64,000 nucleotides of DNA from Vicinamibacteria bacterium (GTDB taxonomy: Bacteria > Acidobacteriota > Vicinamibacteria > Vicinamibacterales > JAENWD01): contig CAVXNR010000027.1 of assembly GCA_963763095.1 (NCBI GenBank), forward strand, positions 4,878 to 68,877, given 5' to 3'. The position numbers and the translations under genes are program-made. Shown here piece by piece: positions 21,210 through 31,423 of this stretch. The notes below the pieces were generated by a model. It did no database searches. It saw nothing but the letters and a program-made list of their open reading frames with translations, and had not been told where the DNA came from. Position 1 is the first letter of the stretch. Each line of letters starts with the position of its first letter.

Positions 21210-21300
21210 CCGGCGGGGCGACGGCTTCCGTGAGACGGCCAGTGACTGCCGGGCAACTCCACCAGCCTAAACCGAGGCGTGATTCTCGCAGCGGTACGAC

Positions 21301-22095
21301 CTAACCTGGCTTGCTGTTGCAACCGGGGCAGGCACCATAGACCCCGTTACCCTTGTAGTCGAGCTCCGTCAGACCCGCCTGTGATGTGAAGTAGCCGCGA
21401 ATGGCTTCACGCCGCAGAAACAGATAGCAGCGACCGAGCGGTGATTCCGGCGGCGTGTGACTGATCTCCTGAACCAAGTCTGTCTGCGCTGTTTCGACCA
21501 GCTCCAGAAATTCGCGGCCGAACCGCTCCCGCGATTGCTGCTCCAGCAGCCGCAAACCGGTCCGCACGACGGCCTGCGAATCCACGGTTTCCAACTGGAC
21601 CACCCTGCCTTCTCCATAGTGCGCGACGGCGAGCGCGCGATGCAACGGATCGAGGGTCCGGGCGGCATCGCGGATGCCGGTGTCGCTCTGCAAGCGTAAG
21701 TCGACCCAGCCAATCGTCTCCGCCAGCGCGCGCGCGTCCACGCTCCCGAGCAGAACGCCGACGAGGCGTGTGACCACATCGAGCTCGTGATGAGAAAAGA
21801 ACACGGGTTGAAACGGACCCCGTCGAGGCACGGCGAAGTCGGTTTCGGCGCCGCGTGGAACGAGCGGCGCGTCAAGGGCCCCCAACACGTGACTCAGATG
21901 CTCGCCTGAAGGCTCGTACAGGCCAGGCGGCAACCGGGCCGCCGCCACGTGATCGGTCGGAGCCATCGCACCTGCCAGGTCCGGCGCGAGGCCGGCAACG
22001 CCTGCAAGCGCGGTGAGTTCTCCCAGGCGCAGCAGCCACGCGCGCCGGGTGAGAGCGTCGTCAGAGTCGTTTGGCGCGCCCCTCGTCTCGCTCAC
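21301..22095 (-). CDS. Gluconate 2-dehydrogenase subunit-3 family protein (Tat)
   Basis: TRRAWL Tat motif, FFS..ELDVV, GYFTSQAG..ELDYKGN; coupled to the GMC gene. Confidence 0.8.
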   Translation of the reverse strand: MSETRGAPNDSDDALTRRAWLLRLGELTALAGVAGLAPDLAGAMAPTDHVAAARLPPGLYEPSGEHLSHVLGALDAPLVPRGAETDFAVPRRGPFQPVFFSHHELDVVTRLVGVLLGSVDARALAETIGWVDLRLQSDTGIRDAARTLDPLHRALAVAHYGEGRVVQLETVDSQAVVRTGLRLLEQQSRERFGREFLELVETAQTDLVQEISHTPPESPLGRCYLFLRREAIRGYFTSQAGLTELDYKGNGVYGACPGCNSKPG

Positions 22096-23768
22096 AGCTC
22101 ACCTCGACGGAAAGACTCGGCGATGTGTTCACCCGCACGCGCGGAAATCGCCATGATCGTCAGCGTCGGCTCATAACAGCTCTGCGTCGGAAAGACGGCG
22201 CCGTCGCTGACAAAGAGGTTCGGGACGTGGTGCACTTTGCAGTTGCGATCCACCACACTCGTCTTCGGATTGTCGCCCATGCGGGCAGTGCCGCATTCGT
22301 GAATGTTCTTGCCGAAGACGCTGATCTCGTCCGCCGGCGGCGTCTCCTGCTCCAGCTTGAGTTCGCTCAGAATCGCACCGATGTCCTGCCGCATCGCCTT
22401 GGCCATCGCCCGCTCGTTCTCACCGTAGGTGGCGACGATGTGGAGAGCCGGAATGCCCCACTTGTCTTTTCTATCCGCATCGAGGGTGACGCAGTTCTCT
22501 TTGCGCGGCAGGCACTCTCCCTGGGCTTCCAGCGCGAAGTAGTACGGAATGTCCTGTCGCACCTTCTGACGCCAGGCGTCGCCGAATTCCGGCAACAGGA
22601 ACGCATGTCCGTAGAGCTCCTGGCTGCCGTCGCCATCGAAGCGGTAGCCTCGAACGAAATCGGCATTTCTCCTGGCGCCCAGGTTTGTGTAGTTGGGAAT
22701 GATGAAGCCGCAAGGGCGGCCAACCGGTTCGCGGGAGGACGAGCGCAGACCCGGCATGAACCCTCCACCGCCTTCGACGGTGAAATGGTCCATCAGGTAG
22801 TGGCCCAAGACGCCTTCCTCGTTGCCCACGCCCTGGGGAAACAGCGGCGAGCGGGAATTGAGCAGGATGCGTGTGGACTCCAGGGCGCCCGCGGCCAGGA
22901 CAACAACGCGCGCGGAGGCCTCGCGATGCCGATGCGACAGGCGGTCGATGTAGTGCACTCCGTTCGCACGGCCACGCGAATCCAGGCGCACGTGGCTGAC
23001 GACCGCGTCGCTGATCAGTGTGAACCTGCCGGTCCGAGCGGCTGCAGGCAGCGTCACCGAAGGGCTGTTGAAATACGAAGCCGTATGACATCCGCGCTGG
23101 CACTGGTCGCAGTAGTGGCACGCCGGCCGCCCTCGATGGGAGACGGTCAGGTTCGCCACGCGGTCGGGCATCACCCGCCAGCCGAATTTCTGGCCGATGA
23201 CGTCGCGTGCCAGGAGTGCACCGCAGGACAACGCCATCGGCGGGAGGAATCGCCCGTCCGGAAACTGTGCGAGACCTTCGACTGAGCCGCTGACACCGAT
23301 GAAACGTTCCACCCGATCGTAGTAGGGTGCGATCTCGGCATAGCCAATGGGCCAGTCGTCGCCGTCGCCGTCGCGGCTGGCGGCCTTGAAGTCGTAGTCG
23401 CTGAACCGGTAGCTCTCGCGCGCCCAGCAGAACGTGCGCCCGCCGACCTGGCGGCCGCGAATCCACATGAACGGCTTGTCGGCGGGAAAGGTGTAGGGAT
23501 TCTCGTGATCGTTTACGAAAAACTGATGACCGTAGTCATCGCAGGCATAGCAGAGCCGCTGCACCGGCTGGTTCTCGAGCAGTCGCTGCTGATTGCCGAA
23601 CCCGCGAAACTTCAGCTGGTAGGGCCAGATATGCTCGGTGAAATCTCGGGTCGGCACTTTGGGTGGGCCGGCTTCGAGCATGAGCACGCTGAGGCCACGC
23701 TCGGCGGCCTCCTTGGCTACCCAGCCGCCGCTCGCACCCGACCCGACGATGAGCACGTCATAGGGCAT
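22092..23768 (-). CDS. GMC-family FAD oxidoreductase
   Basis: VGSGASGG FAD motif, GGRTFCW, CHYCDQCQRGC, HECGTARMG, EPTLTIMA. Confidence 0.93.
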   Translation of the reverse strand: MPYDVLIVGSGASGGWVAKEAAERGLSVLMLEAGPPKVPTRDFTEHIWPYQLKFRGFGNQQRLLENQPVQRLCYACDDYGHQFFVNDHENPYTFPADKPFMWIRGRQVGGRTFCWARESYRFSDYDFKAASRDGDGDDWPIGYAEIAPYYDRVERFIGVSGSVEGLAQFPDGRFLPPMALSCGALLARDVIGQKFGWRVMPDRVANLTVSHRGRPACHYCDQCQRGCHTASYFNSPSVTLPAAARTGRFTLISDAVVSHVRLDSRGRANGVHYIDRLSHRHREASARVVVLAAGALESTRILLNSRSPLFPQGVGNEEGVLGHYLMDHFTVEGGGGFMPGLRSSSREPVGRPCGFIIPNYTNLGARRNADFVRGYRFDGDGSQELYGHAFLLPEFGDAWRQKVRQDIPYYFALEAQGECLPRKENCVTLDADRKDKWGIPALHIVATYGENERAMAKAMRQDIGAILSELKLEQETPPADEISVFGKNIHECGTARMGDNPKTSVVDRNCKVHHVPNLFVSDGAVFPTQSCYEPTLTIMAISARAGEHIAESFRRGEL

Positions 23769-23925
23769 GGTGTGCACGAGACCGACTCCGGGAGGTGAAT
23801 CTGACGGAACACTGCTGCTAATACCGACGCGAGCGTTCCAGACCAACCGCCCGATCGCTTCAGGGGAGACCGGCGCGACGTGCACCGTCGCCCTGCGGAT
23901 GAACGCGTCGCGGTCCGCGGCCTCG

Positions 23926-24470
23926 CTTCTTCTCGTTCACCGGCAGCCTCGACGGCTTCCTCGCCAATGCGGCTGCGTGCACGCCGTGCATGTCGCCTGT
24001 CGCCGACCTCGGCGCCACCTTCGACCAGTTCAGCTCCGGCGGCGGCACCGGCGTGATCGAGGGCGTAACTTACCCGCTGGTATACGTGGGGTTCTCATCG
24101 GGCACGTTCACCACACCGACGGCAACGCTCACCGAGCTCGGCTCGTCGCTCGTCGACGTGCCGTTCACGTTCGCCGGTGTCATGAACGGGTTCCTGGAGC
24201 ATCCGCTGACCCGGCCTTCTGACGCGCTTCCGATCTTCACGGTGGAGCTCGGTGGCAGCGGGAGGGCATCGGCGCGCTTCTTCGGCCTCGTCGACGACAA
24301 CGGCGCGCGCGTGTACCGAGTATTCCCCGACTCCATAAGGTACGACTTCACGAGGTCTGAGCCGGTGCCGGAGCCCGGGACCTTGCTGCTCGTGGGCGGC
24401 GCGCTCGGCGGGCTGATCCTGGTGCGCGCTGGGTCACGGGGCCGGAGGGGATCGCTCGACGCGCGTGTAG
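23926..24470 (+). pseudogene. PEP-CTERM protein, 5'-truncated (no signal peptide); frame reads on to 24607
   Basis: VPEPGTLLLVGGALGGLILVRAGSRGRR sorting signal; in-frame upstream FSFTGSLDGFLANAAACTPC preceded by a stop. Confidence 0.7.
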
Positions 24471-24473
24471 TGT

Positions 24474-24869
24474 GTGCCAGTCACGCAGACTTTGCCGGAG
24501 CCGCCTTCACACTGGAAATTGATCAGCACAGCACTTCGGCGCGGAGTGTGCAAACGCTGCCCGCACTGCGGCGAGGGGCGATTGTTCTCCGGGTGGTCCC
24601 ATCGTGACCGCTGTTCACACTGCGGCTTGGTCTTCGTACGCAATCCCGGCGACACATGGGCCTTCACGATCATCGGCGATCGGCTGCCAATTGCGGCGAT
24701 CGTCGTCCTGATCTATTTTGGCGTGGTGCGTTCGCACCCTGTGCTGGGCCTGACGGTGGTGGTCTTGTCGGTGGCGCTGCTGGTCTGGACCGCTCCCAAC
24801 CGCTGGGGCGCAGGCATCGCGCTGCATTACCTGTCGCGGGTGTACTGGCCCGATCCCGCCGCCTGGTGA
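24474..24869 (+). CDS. DUF983-like membrane protein with Zn ribbon
   Basis: RCPHCGEGRLF...CSHCG...GD followed by two TM helices. Confidence 0.8.
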   Translation: MPVTQTLPEPPSHWKLISTALRRGVCKRCPHCGEGRLFSGWSHRDRCSHCGLVFVRNPGDTWAFTIIGDRLPIAAIVVLIYFGVVRSHPVLGLTVVVLSVALLVWTAPNRWGAGIALHYLSRVYWPDPAAW

Positions 24870-24880
24870 CACGCCGCCCG

Positions 24881-25828
24881 TCAGTCGTCTCCCTTCGGGC
24901 GCACGTAGTCGCGATCGATCCGGACGGCCAGTGCGCTCAGACCAATCAACACAAGCCCGAACGCGACGAGCGCGAGCGGCCAGCCCATTGAATCCACGAA
25001 GTGCTCGCCCGTGAAGTAGGCGGTGTAGGCGAGGATCGCGAGGGTGCCCACCGCGAGCAGCGTCCGGCTGTGCAGCAACACGCTGCCGTAGACGAACGCC
25101 GCGGCGACGGCCAGAAAGGTGATCTCGAGGGGCGTGCGTTCGACCATGTCGAAGAAGCCATACAGAAAGGCGGTCGCTCCGGCGAAGTACCAGAACGGAG
25201 TGATCTCGCTGCGGCCGCTGCGGTCCGCGCCCACGGCGGCGAGCAGCATGCTGGTGCCGAGGACAACGGAGATCACGGCGCTGTCAGCCTCCATCAGATC
25301 GAGCGCCGTCCAGAAGAACGCCGTACCGAACAGGATCGTCAGAAACAGCAGCGCCGACCGCTGTAGCACACCGAACGTCAGTGCGAACTGCGCGGCCATC
25401 GCGCCGGAGGTCACGAGGCTGGCCAGCCGCCAGTCGCCGCCCGATCCGAACTCCTCGAAGGCGACGATCATCCCGCCAGGTTCCAGCACCGCAGCCGCCA
25501 GGAACAACGGTGTCGCCGCCTTGTCGAACCGTCGATCCCGAGTGCCCAGCACCGCCAGGACGAAGGCGATGAGCCCCGACCCGAGCGTCACGAGCACCCG
25601 GGCGGCGGCGTTGAGCTCGCTCCACTGCAGCGCGATGAACACGCCGACGCCCGCGAACACGAACGTGCCGCCGAGCACGCCAAGCACGTGAACCAGCACG
25701 CCTTGTCTGCGGCGAGCGCCCGCATCACCTGAGGACGGCTCGATCGCCGCGGCGACCTCCGTAGCAGACAGACCGTGCGCCCTGGCAACTGCCGCGATCT
25801 GCTCGAGCGCCCGCGCCCGCTCGTCCAC
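24881..25828 (-). CDS. Multi-pass membrane protein (DUF2157-like)
   Basis: LGVLGGTFVFAGVGVFIALQW and ~9 hydrophobic segments. Confidence 0.75.
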   Translation of the reverse strand: MDERARALEQIAAVARAHGLSATEVAAAIEPSSGDAGARRRQGVLVHVLGVLGGTFVFAGVGVFIALQWSELNAAARVLVTLGSGLIAFVLAVLGTRDRRFDKAATPLFLAAAVLEPGGMIVAFEEFGSGGDWRLASLVTSGAMAAQFALTFGVLQRSALLFLTILFGTAFFWTALDLMEADSAVISVVLGTSMLLAAVGADRSGRSEITPFWYFAGATAFLYGFFDMVERTPLEITFLAVAAAFVYGSVLLHSRTLLAVGTLAILAYTAYFTGEHFVDSMGWPLALVAFGLVLIGLSALAVRIDRDYVRPKGDD

Positions 25829-26419
25829 CTAGCCTCCCCCTCCGTCCACCACCCACCCGACGAACGTCGGTGCCTGATACTGGTTCGACGTCTGGATGTC
25901 GATCGGGACGACACGGCCGCGGTTCACGATCGCGGCCGGCTGGCCGTATCGACGCATGCCGAAGATGTCGCCGATCACGCCTGGCCTGCCCCCGTCCGGC
26001 GTGCGCAGCTGGTAGCCGTCCGGAGCCTTCGTATCGGTGACAATCCGGCGGCCGCGCACGGCCTCGACGACGACCGTTTGCGCAACATCGACGTCGCCGG
26101 CCGGAGTTGGCAAATTCAACGGAACCTCCCGAGCGCTCAGGGTGGTGTGGTCGAAGCGCCACAACCTGACCCGCGGTGTCTGGGCATCCTTGACGACCCG
26201 CAGCCTGGCCTGAAGTGCCTCGTCGCGGACGAACAGCTCGACGCCAATCGACGAATGGGCACGATCGTATTCGGTGGTCTGCAGCAGGAGGTCGTAGCCT
26301 GGCGGTGAGACGGTCCATTTCGGGATGGCCGTGACCAGCAGAAACAGGCCGACGACGGCCACCGGAAGCGACACTGCACCGACGAGGAAAGCGTTATCGC
26401 GCAGAAGCCGTGCCGGCAT
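25829..26419 (-). CDS. Hypothetical membrane-anchored protein
   Basis: N-terminal TM helix; abuts the downstream gene. Confidence 0.7.
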   Translation of the reverse strand: MPARLLRDNAFLVGAVSLPVAVVGLFLLVTAIPKWTVSPPGYDLLLQTTEYDRAHSSIGVELFVRDEALQARLRVVKDAQTPRVRLWRFDHTTLSAREVPLNLPTPAGDVDVAQTVVVEAVRGRRIVTDTKAPDGYQLRTPDGGRPGVIGDIFGMRRYGQPAAIVNRGRVVPIDIQTSNQYQAPTFVGWVVDGGGG

Positions 26420-26502
26420 TGCGGGTGATTCTAGCCCAAAGGTTCAATCCGGCTACACTGATCACCCTTGTTCCGCCGAGGACTCACAATCGCCTCTGAT
26501 GA

Positions 26503-28305
26503 GTGATACGGGATGGCATTGTGACGAAGCTTTCGCGACTTCACGTCATCGGTCCGGGCGCGCTCCTGCTGTTGACGCTGGTTCTTGCGCCGCACGATGT
26601 CGCCCCCATGGCTGCGCAGGCGTCTCGGGCGACGTACATCCGGGAAGGGAACGTCGACGTTCCGATGCGCGATGGGGTGCGCCTTCGAGCCGATATCCTG
26701 CGGCCACCCCAGGGACCCTCTCCAACGCTCGTCTATCGAACTCCATACGGCAAGCACGCTGCTCTCGAGAACTACACCATTTTCATTCGGGCGATCGAAC
26801 GTGGCTATGCGGTCGTGGTGCAGGACGTTCGCGGCCGGTACGCCTCCGACGGCGAGTTTCGACCGTATGCGAACGAGGGACACGACGGATACGACACGAT
26901 CGAGTGGGCCTCGCGACAGCCGTGGTCGAATGGCCGGGTCGGCACATTCGGGCTCTCGTATCCCGGCGCGGTGCAATGGCTCGCGGCGGCGGAAAGCCCG
27001 CCGCACCTCCAAGCCATGGTACCGGCGATGACCTTTTCGACACCGCACAACTTCTTCTACAGCGGCGGCGTGTGGGACCTGTCATGGCTCGAATGGATTT
27101 GGATGAACATTGCACCGGACGCGCGACAAAGGGCAGGTCTGCCGAATGCCCCAGAACCACACGCCGTCGCGGGCTGGCCGGCCCTCAGAGACCGATTGCT
27201 CAGGACGCTGCCCCTCGATCAGGTGCAGGAGCTGCGTGACGTCGCGCCGTACTACTACGACTGGCTGCACCACCCACCGGATGATCCCTATTGGGATTTC
27301 GCGGAGCTGCGGAACAAGTACGGCCGGACGCATGCGGCGGTACTCAACCTCTCGGGATGGCATGACGACAACTACGGGCCGGAAGGGGCGACCACGAACT
27401 ACACAGGGCTCGTGATGTCGCGCGGGAGGGATACGTCGCGGGCGGCGCTTCTCCTCGGTCCCTGGACACACGGCGTCGACTCCACGTCCAGGACCACGTT
27501 TGGCGAGCGGGACTTCGGTGGCACCGCGGCGATCGATTACGACCAGGTCGTCCTCGGCTGGATGGATCGCCACCTACGCGGCGACAGGGCGCCCCGCGCG
27601 GAGGCGCCCGTGCGGTACTTCGTAATGGGTGAAAACCGGTGGCGGGAGTCGAGCACCTGGCCGCCGCCCGGGCACAGTCGCACCTACTACTTCTCGCGAG
27701 GCGAAGGCAGCACGCACGGTCGCATCACGCAAACGCCGCCTACCCGGACCGCGCCACCGAGCACCCTTGTCTCGAATCCGGCCGATCCGGTCATCAACCC
27801 GTATTACGGGTCAGCCGGCGCTCACGATTACCGGGCGCTCGCTGAGCGGCGGGACGTCCTCACGTTCGATTCAGCTCCGTTGACCGGGGACGTCGAGGTC
27901 ACAGGATCGATTCGGGTGCGCGTGCACATTTCGTGCGACTGCCGGGACACAGACCTGTGGGTGCGCATCCTCGACGTCGCACCCGATGGGTCGGCGTTCA
28001 ACCTGATGAGCCCTGGAGTCGAGGCAGTGCGTGCGAGTTATCGAGGCCTCCCAGGACCGCGGCGGCTCCTCGTACCGGGCCGGGTGTACGCGTTGGCGCT
28101 GGACAATCTGGTGACCAGCAACCTGTTTCGCCGCGGGCACCGGATCAGGGCCCAGGTATCCGCGTCGTTCTTCCCGAACTTCTCGCGAAATCTCCATACG
28201 GGTGATTTGGAAACCGTCTCGGCGCGGATGAAACGGGCGACGATCCGCCTGCATCACGATCGCGACCATCCGTCGAAGATTACCCTCCCCATCGCTGCTC
28301 GCTGA
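26503..28305 (+). CDS. CocE/NonD family serine hydrolase (peptidase S15-like), secreted
   Basis: RTPYGK, QDVRGRYASDG, GLSYPG nucleophile motif, GWHD, GPWTH, C-terminal jelly-roll. Confidence 0.93.
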   Translation: MIRDGIVTKLSRLHVIGPGALLLLTLVLAPHDVAPMAAQASRATYIREGNVDVPMRDGVRLRADILRPPQGPSPTLVYRTPYGKHAALENYTIFIRAIERGYAVVVQDVRGRYASDGEFRPYANEGHDGYDTIEWASRQPWSNGRVGTFGLSYPGAVQWLAAAESPPHLQAMVPAMTFSTPHNFFYSGGVWDLSWLEWIWMNIAPDARQRAGLPNAPEPHAVAGWPALRDRLLRTLPLDQVQELRDVAPYYYDWLHHPPDDPYWDFAELRNKYGRTHAAVLNLSGWHDDNYGPEGATTNYTGLVMSRGRDTSRAALLLGPWTHGVDSTSRTTFGERDFGGTAAIDYDQVVLGWMDRHLRGDRAPRAEAPVRYFVMGENRWRESSTWPPPGHSRTYYFSRGEGSTHGRITQTPPTRTAPPSTLVSNPADPVINPYYGSAGAHDYRALAERRDVLTFDSAPLTGDVEVTGSIRVRVHISCDCRDTDLWVRILDVAPDGSAFNLMSPGVEAVRASYRGLPGPRRLLVPGRVYALALDNLVTSNLFRRGHRIRAQVSASFFPNFSRNLHTGDLETVSARMKRATIRLHHDRDHPSKITLPIAAR

Positions 28306-28347
28306 CGGAACGGGCGCCGGACGATGCACGTTGTGGGACTCGGAAAT

Positions 28348-29388
28348 TCAGTGTCGACCGCAGAACGTATTCAGGCTGTCGATTTCGTACTTGCCCCACG
28401 GGAGCAGTGCCATGCGTGCGAGGCGCATTTTCATGTACTTCTCGTCCGCGCATCTACTCCTTGGCAGCTCGGAAAGAGTCATCGATGAAGGCGGGCCGAG
28501 GTAGAGCAGTGCATCGAACTGGTCCTGTATTCGCACGTTCAGAAACTCGGGCCCGTTCAGATCGTACAAGGTTCGGAACGGAGCCGCACCGAGCGTCGTC
28601 CCTTCCAGGAGGGCGATGGACGGAACGCGCCAAGTCGCCACGTCAGGCTGAAACCTGGTGAGGTCGGCGTTCGTCGGAGCGCCGATGTTGAAGATCAACC
28701 CAGGGTGTGTCTTTTCAAGTTGGCTCACGAGCGGCTCCTCGGGCTTCCTTTTGACGACCATCCAATCAGGGACGGTTTCCTCGCCCTTTCGGAATAAGTG
28801 GCCATCTGCATACAGCAGCAGCGCGCGGCGGCGTTTTGCCAGAACTTCTTTGCGAACCAGATCTGCGGCGAACGCATCGCGCTCGTACATCAGGTTCAGA
28901 ATCTGTTCCCCGCTGGAGACCTTCGCCCAGTCGATCGGAGGGTCGCCAAGCAGCACGCGAAGGCGCGTCCCAGCCGGCAGTGAGCGATTCACGTCGCGAA
29001 CGGTGCGGAACAACTCCTCATAAATGGGCATGTCAAACACGGTATTCGCCATCGTCGTGTCTTCCCACACGTGCCGCAGTTCCTCAAAGGGAACATCTCC
29101 GCCGGCGACGTAACGGTCGATCACGTGCTGGTAGCGTGCGTCTCCGAACTCGACCACGATATCGTTGACCGCCGTTGCGAGGCGTGGGTCGTGGATGAGC
29201 GACATGCGATACGCGTGTCCTTGCAGGTTCCAGTGCTGTCCCTCGCCGAGCGCCACGATTGGATGAGTGCGGAAAGCGTTCAGGATCACCATTGTCGGGT
29301 CGGCGGGTGTCGTCGGCTTTTCAGCGGCCGCAAGCGCCGACGCGAGAAGGACGACGAGAGAAAGTATTGACGTCAGTCGCTGCAGCAT
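28348..29388 (-). CDS. Secreted hypothetical protein, ChaN/EreA/Tiki-like fold suspected
   Basis: Signal peptide; VALGEGQH, IVVE, ERDAFAA, YADGH, DQFDALLY motif pattern. Confidence 0.6.
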   Translation of the reverse strand: MLQRLTSILSLVVLLASALAAAEKPTTPADPTMVILNAFRTHPIVALGEGQHWNLQGHAYRMSLIHDPRLATAVNDIVVEFGDARYQHVIDRYVAGGDVPFEELRHVWEDTTMANTVFDMPIYEELFRTVRDVNRSLPAGTRLRVLLGDPPIDWAKVSSGEQILNLMYERDAFAADLVRKEVLAKRRRALLLYADGHLFRKGEETVPDWMVVKRKPEEPLVSQLEKTHPGLIFNIGAPTNADLTRFQPDVATWRVPSIALLEGTTLGAAPFRTLYDLNGPEFLNVRIQDQFDALLYLGPPSSMTLSELPRSRCADEKYMKMRLARMALLPWGKYEIDSLNTFCGRH

Positions 29389-29551
29389 GTGTCGTCCGAC
29401 GAGGAGCCGTGGAGAATGTTCCGGCTTGGGACGAGTGGTGACCCTGGCGTGATGAAAGGTGATTTCGGGGGTGCGCTGTCGCCCGCACGGCGATCGTTGT
29501 CGGATCGACCGTGAGCCCTTTGACCGCGAGCATCGCGTCGTGACGTATGTC

Positions 29552-30547
29552 CTATTGCGCCGGCATGGCACGTGCCTCTGGCGGCCACTCGCCATCGAGG
29601 AAGACTGCGATTGCGCGCAGGGTCTTCTCCGGCTGCTCGTAGAGCGGGAAATGCCCCGACCCGTCGATCAGGAGGATGCGTGCGTCCGGTTGGCCGCGCA
29701 CCCACTCCTCGTTGCCTGCGAGAGGGATGTTGTCCTGCAAGGGGTGGATCACCAGACGGGGAATGCGGACCTTCGAAAGTGACGGCACCAGATCGAACCC
29801 GGCGATCGACTTGAAGAGCCCTCCGAAGTAGGCGCCCAGCGTTTCGGGATACTCGTTGGGCGACGTGCACACATCGGGTACGAGCGTCACGTTGAGTCTG
29901 TCCGCGAGCAGAGGCGGCAACTCGACGGCGTTCTGCGCCCGGCAGAATGCAGCGGCGTCCCTCTTGAACTCGCCTGCCTTGACTCTCGCTTCGAGTGCCG
30001 TTGCCGCCGCTTTATCGGTGCGCTTGCGGCGGTCAGCCATCATCTGCTCGCTGTATGGCACGAAGCGTGGAGCGACTGGCGCCAGTTGCACGAGCCGGCT
30101 GACGCGTCCCGGGTTGTTCATCGCGTACACGAACGTCTCCATGCCTGCCCCGGACCAGCCGATCACCGCGATCCGTTCGGCACCGACCGCGCGGCGAACG
30201 GCATCCAGGTCGGCCAGGAGAAGGTCGCGCGAGACATTGTCGGGGGTGACGGCGGCTGACTTGCCGCGTCCGCGTGGATCGTAGGTGACGACGCGTCGTC
30301 CGGCCGCGAGCCGGTCGAGCGCGGTCCCGTGATAGAGCGCGAACGGCGCGATGACGACTTCGTCGCCGCTTCCCGCCACCCGGTAATACAGACGCACCCC
30401 GTCGGCAGATGCCGTCTCCATCTCCCTGACGCGCACCGAGCGCGCCTCGGACGCGGACAGGAGGCGGACGCGCGTGGTCTGTCCGGCTGCGATTTCGATC
30501 GTCGAGATTGCCAGGATGGCGAGCGTAAAGGTTGCGGTGTTGAGCAT
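29552..30547 (-). CDS. Secreted alpha/beta hydrolase
   Basis: YDPRGRGKS, GWSGAG nucleophile elbow, D in HPLQD, GSGHFP. Confidence 0.88.
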   Translation of the reverse strand: MLNTATFTLAILAISTIEIAAGQTTRVRLLSASEARSVRVREMETASADGVRLYYRVAGSGDEVVIAPFALYHGTALDRLAAGRRVVTYDPRGRGKSAAVTPDNVSRDLLLADLDAVRRAVGAERIAVIGWSGAGMETFVYAMNNPGRVSRLVQLAPVAPRFVPYSEQMMADRRKRTDKAAATALEARVKAGEFKRDAAAFCRAQNAVELPPLLADRLNVTLVPDVCTSPNEYPETLGAYFGGLFKSIAGFDLVPSLSKVRIPRLVIHPLQDNIPLAGNEEWVRGQPDARILLIDGSGHFPLYEQPEKTLRAIAVFLDGEWPPEARAMPAQ

Positions 30548-30686
30548 CAGCGCAGATGTTTCGCGGAGCTTACTTGCCCGGGTTTTCGAACACGATTTTC
30601 CGCGCCCACAATCCGCGCGTCGGCTCGACGGTATCTATCAAGGGGCGTGTCAGAATCGACCTGGCCCAGGTGGGTTCGGCTTGGCG

Positions 30687-30762
30687 GGCGCGACGGGCCG
30701 CGAAGCAGAGCACGCATCCGTTGTTTTGGGCGGGCTTTGTTGCGGCCGGCGACTGGCGGTGA
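30687..30762 (+). pseudogene. Isolated C-terminal tail of a CHAT-domain protein
   Basis: RARRAAKQSTHPLFWAGFVAAGDWR* matches the typical HP.(Y/F)WA(A/G)F...GDWR ending of CHAT proteins. Confidence 0.7.
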
Positions 30763-30876
30763 GCGCGAGCTACCGGTTGCGACCGCCCTGGTGGTTGAGT
30801 TGACAACGGCCACGCGGCACCGGGGACGCAGTTGGATAGACGGTGCCGCCCGAGACGCCAAGTACGCGTCCTGCCC

Positions 30877-31404
30877 CTATCCGCACCCGGTATCACTGTC
30901 GGCGAGCCTTCGTGCCTCTGCGTTCGTCGTCGCGCGTCCGATCACACACGCACGATCGTTCTGCAGGCGCACGACGTACAGAATGGATCGATGCCTGTCG
31001 AGGGCCTCACGATTCTGTGCTGTTACCCGAACGATGAGAGCTGTCAAGCGGCCGTCTTTGCGTCGCCATTCCACCGACGACGATGCGCCGCCGCCGACAC
31101 TCGGGAAGTTGCCGATCGGCGAGTCGTACACGATTGGCCGTTCGCCGGACCAGATTAGTCCAGGTCCGGCGAGGTCGAGCCAGGTGTTCGCGTCGGACGA
31201 GACGAGCATCAGCCGCCATCCGTCAGGGGCAGGGCATTGTTGCACCCCAAGATCCCGCGCCGCGTAGGGCGCCCTCACCTCCTCAGGCGGACTCTTGCAG
31301 TCTTCGGGACGAATCGAGGTGTACAGGCTGTCCGCCGAGGAATGCGTTCCGCAAATGCCGATCGCCGCGGTCAATGCGATGAGCGCTCCTAGGTGCGCGA
31401 ACAC
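30877..31404 (-). CDS. Small secreted hypothetical protein
   Basis: Hydrophobic leader, paired Cys, VEWR..ALIVRV..LYVVRL..ACVIG..NAEARRLAD; GTG start 20 nt below the M15 gene stop. Confidence 0.7.
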   Translation of the reverse strand: MFAHLGALIALTAAIGICGTHSSADSLYTSIRPEDCKSPPEEVRAPYAARDLGVQQCPAPDGWRLMLVSSDANTWLDLAGPGLIWSGERPIVYDSPIGNFPSVGGGASSSVEWRRKDGRLTALIVRVTAQNREALDRHRSILYVVRLQNDRACVIGRATTNAEARRLADSDTGCG

Positions 31405-31423
31405 ACTCGTAAGCCCACCGAGT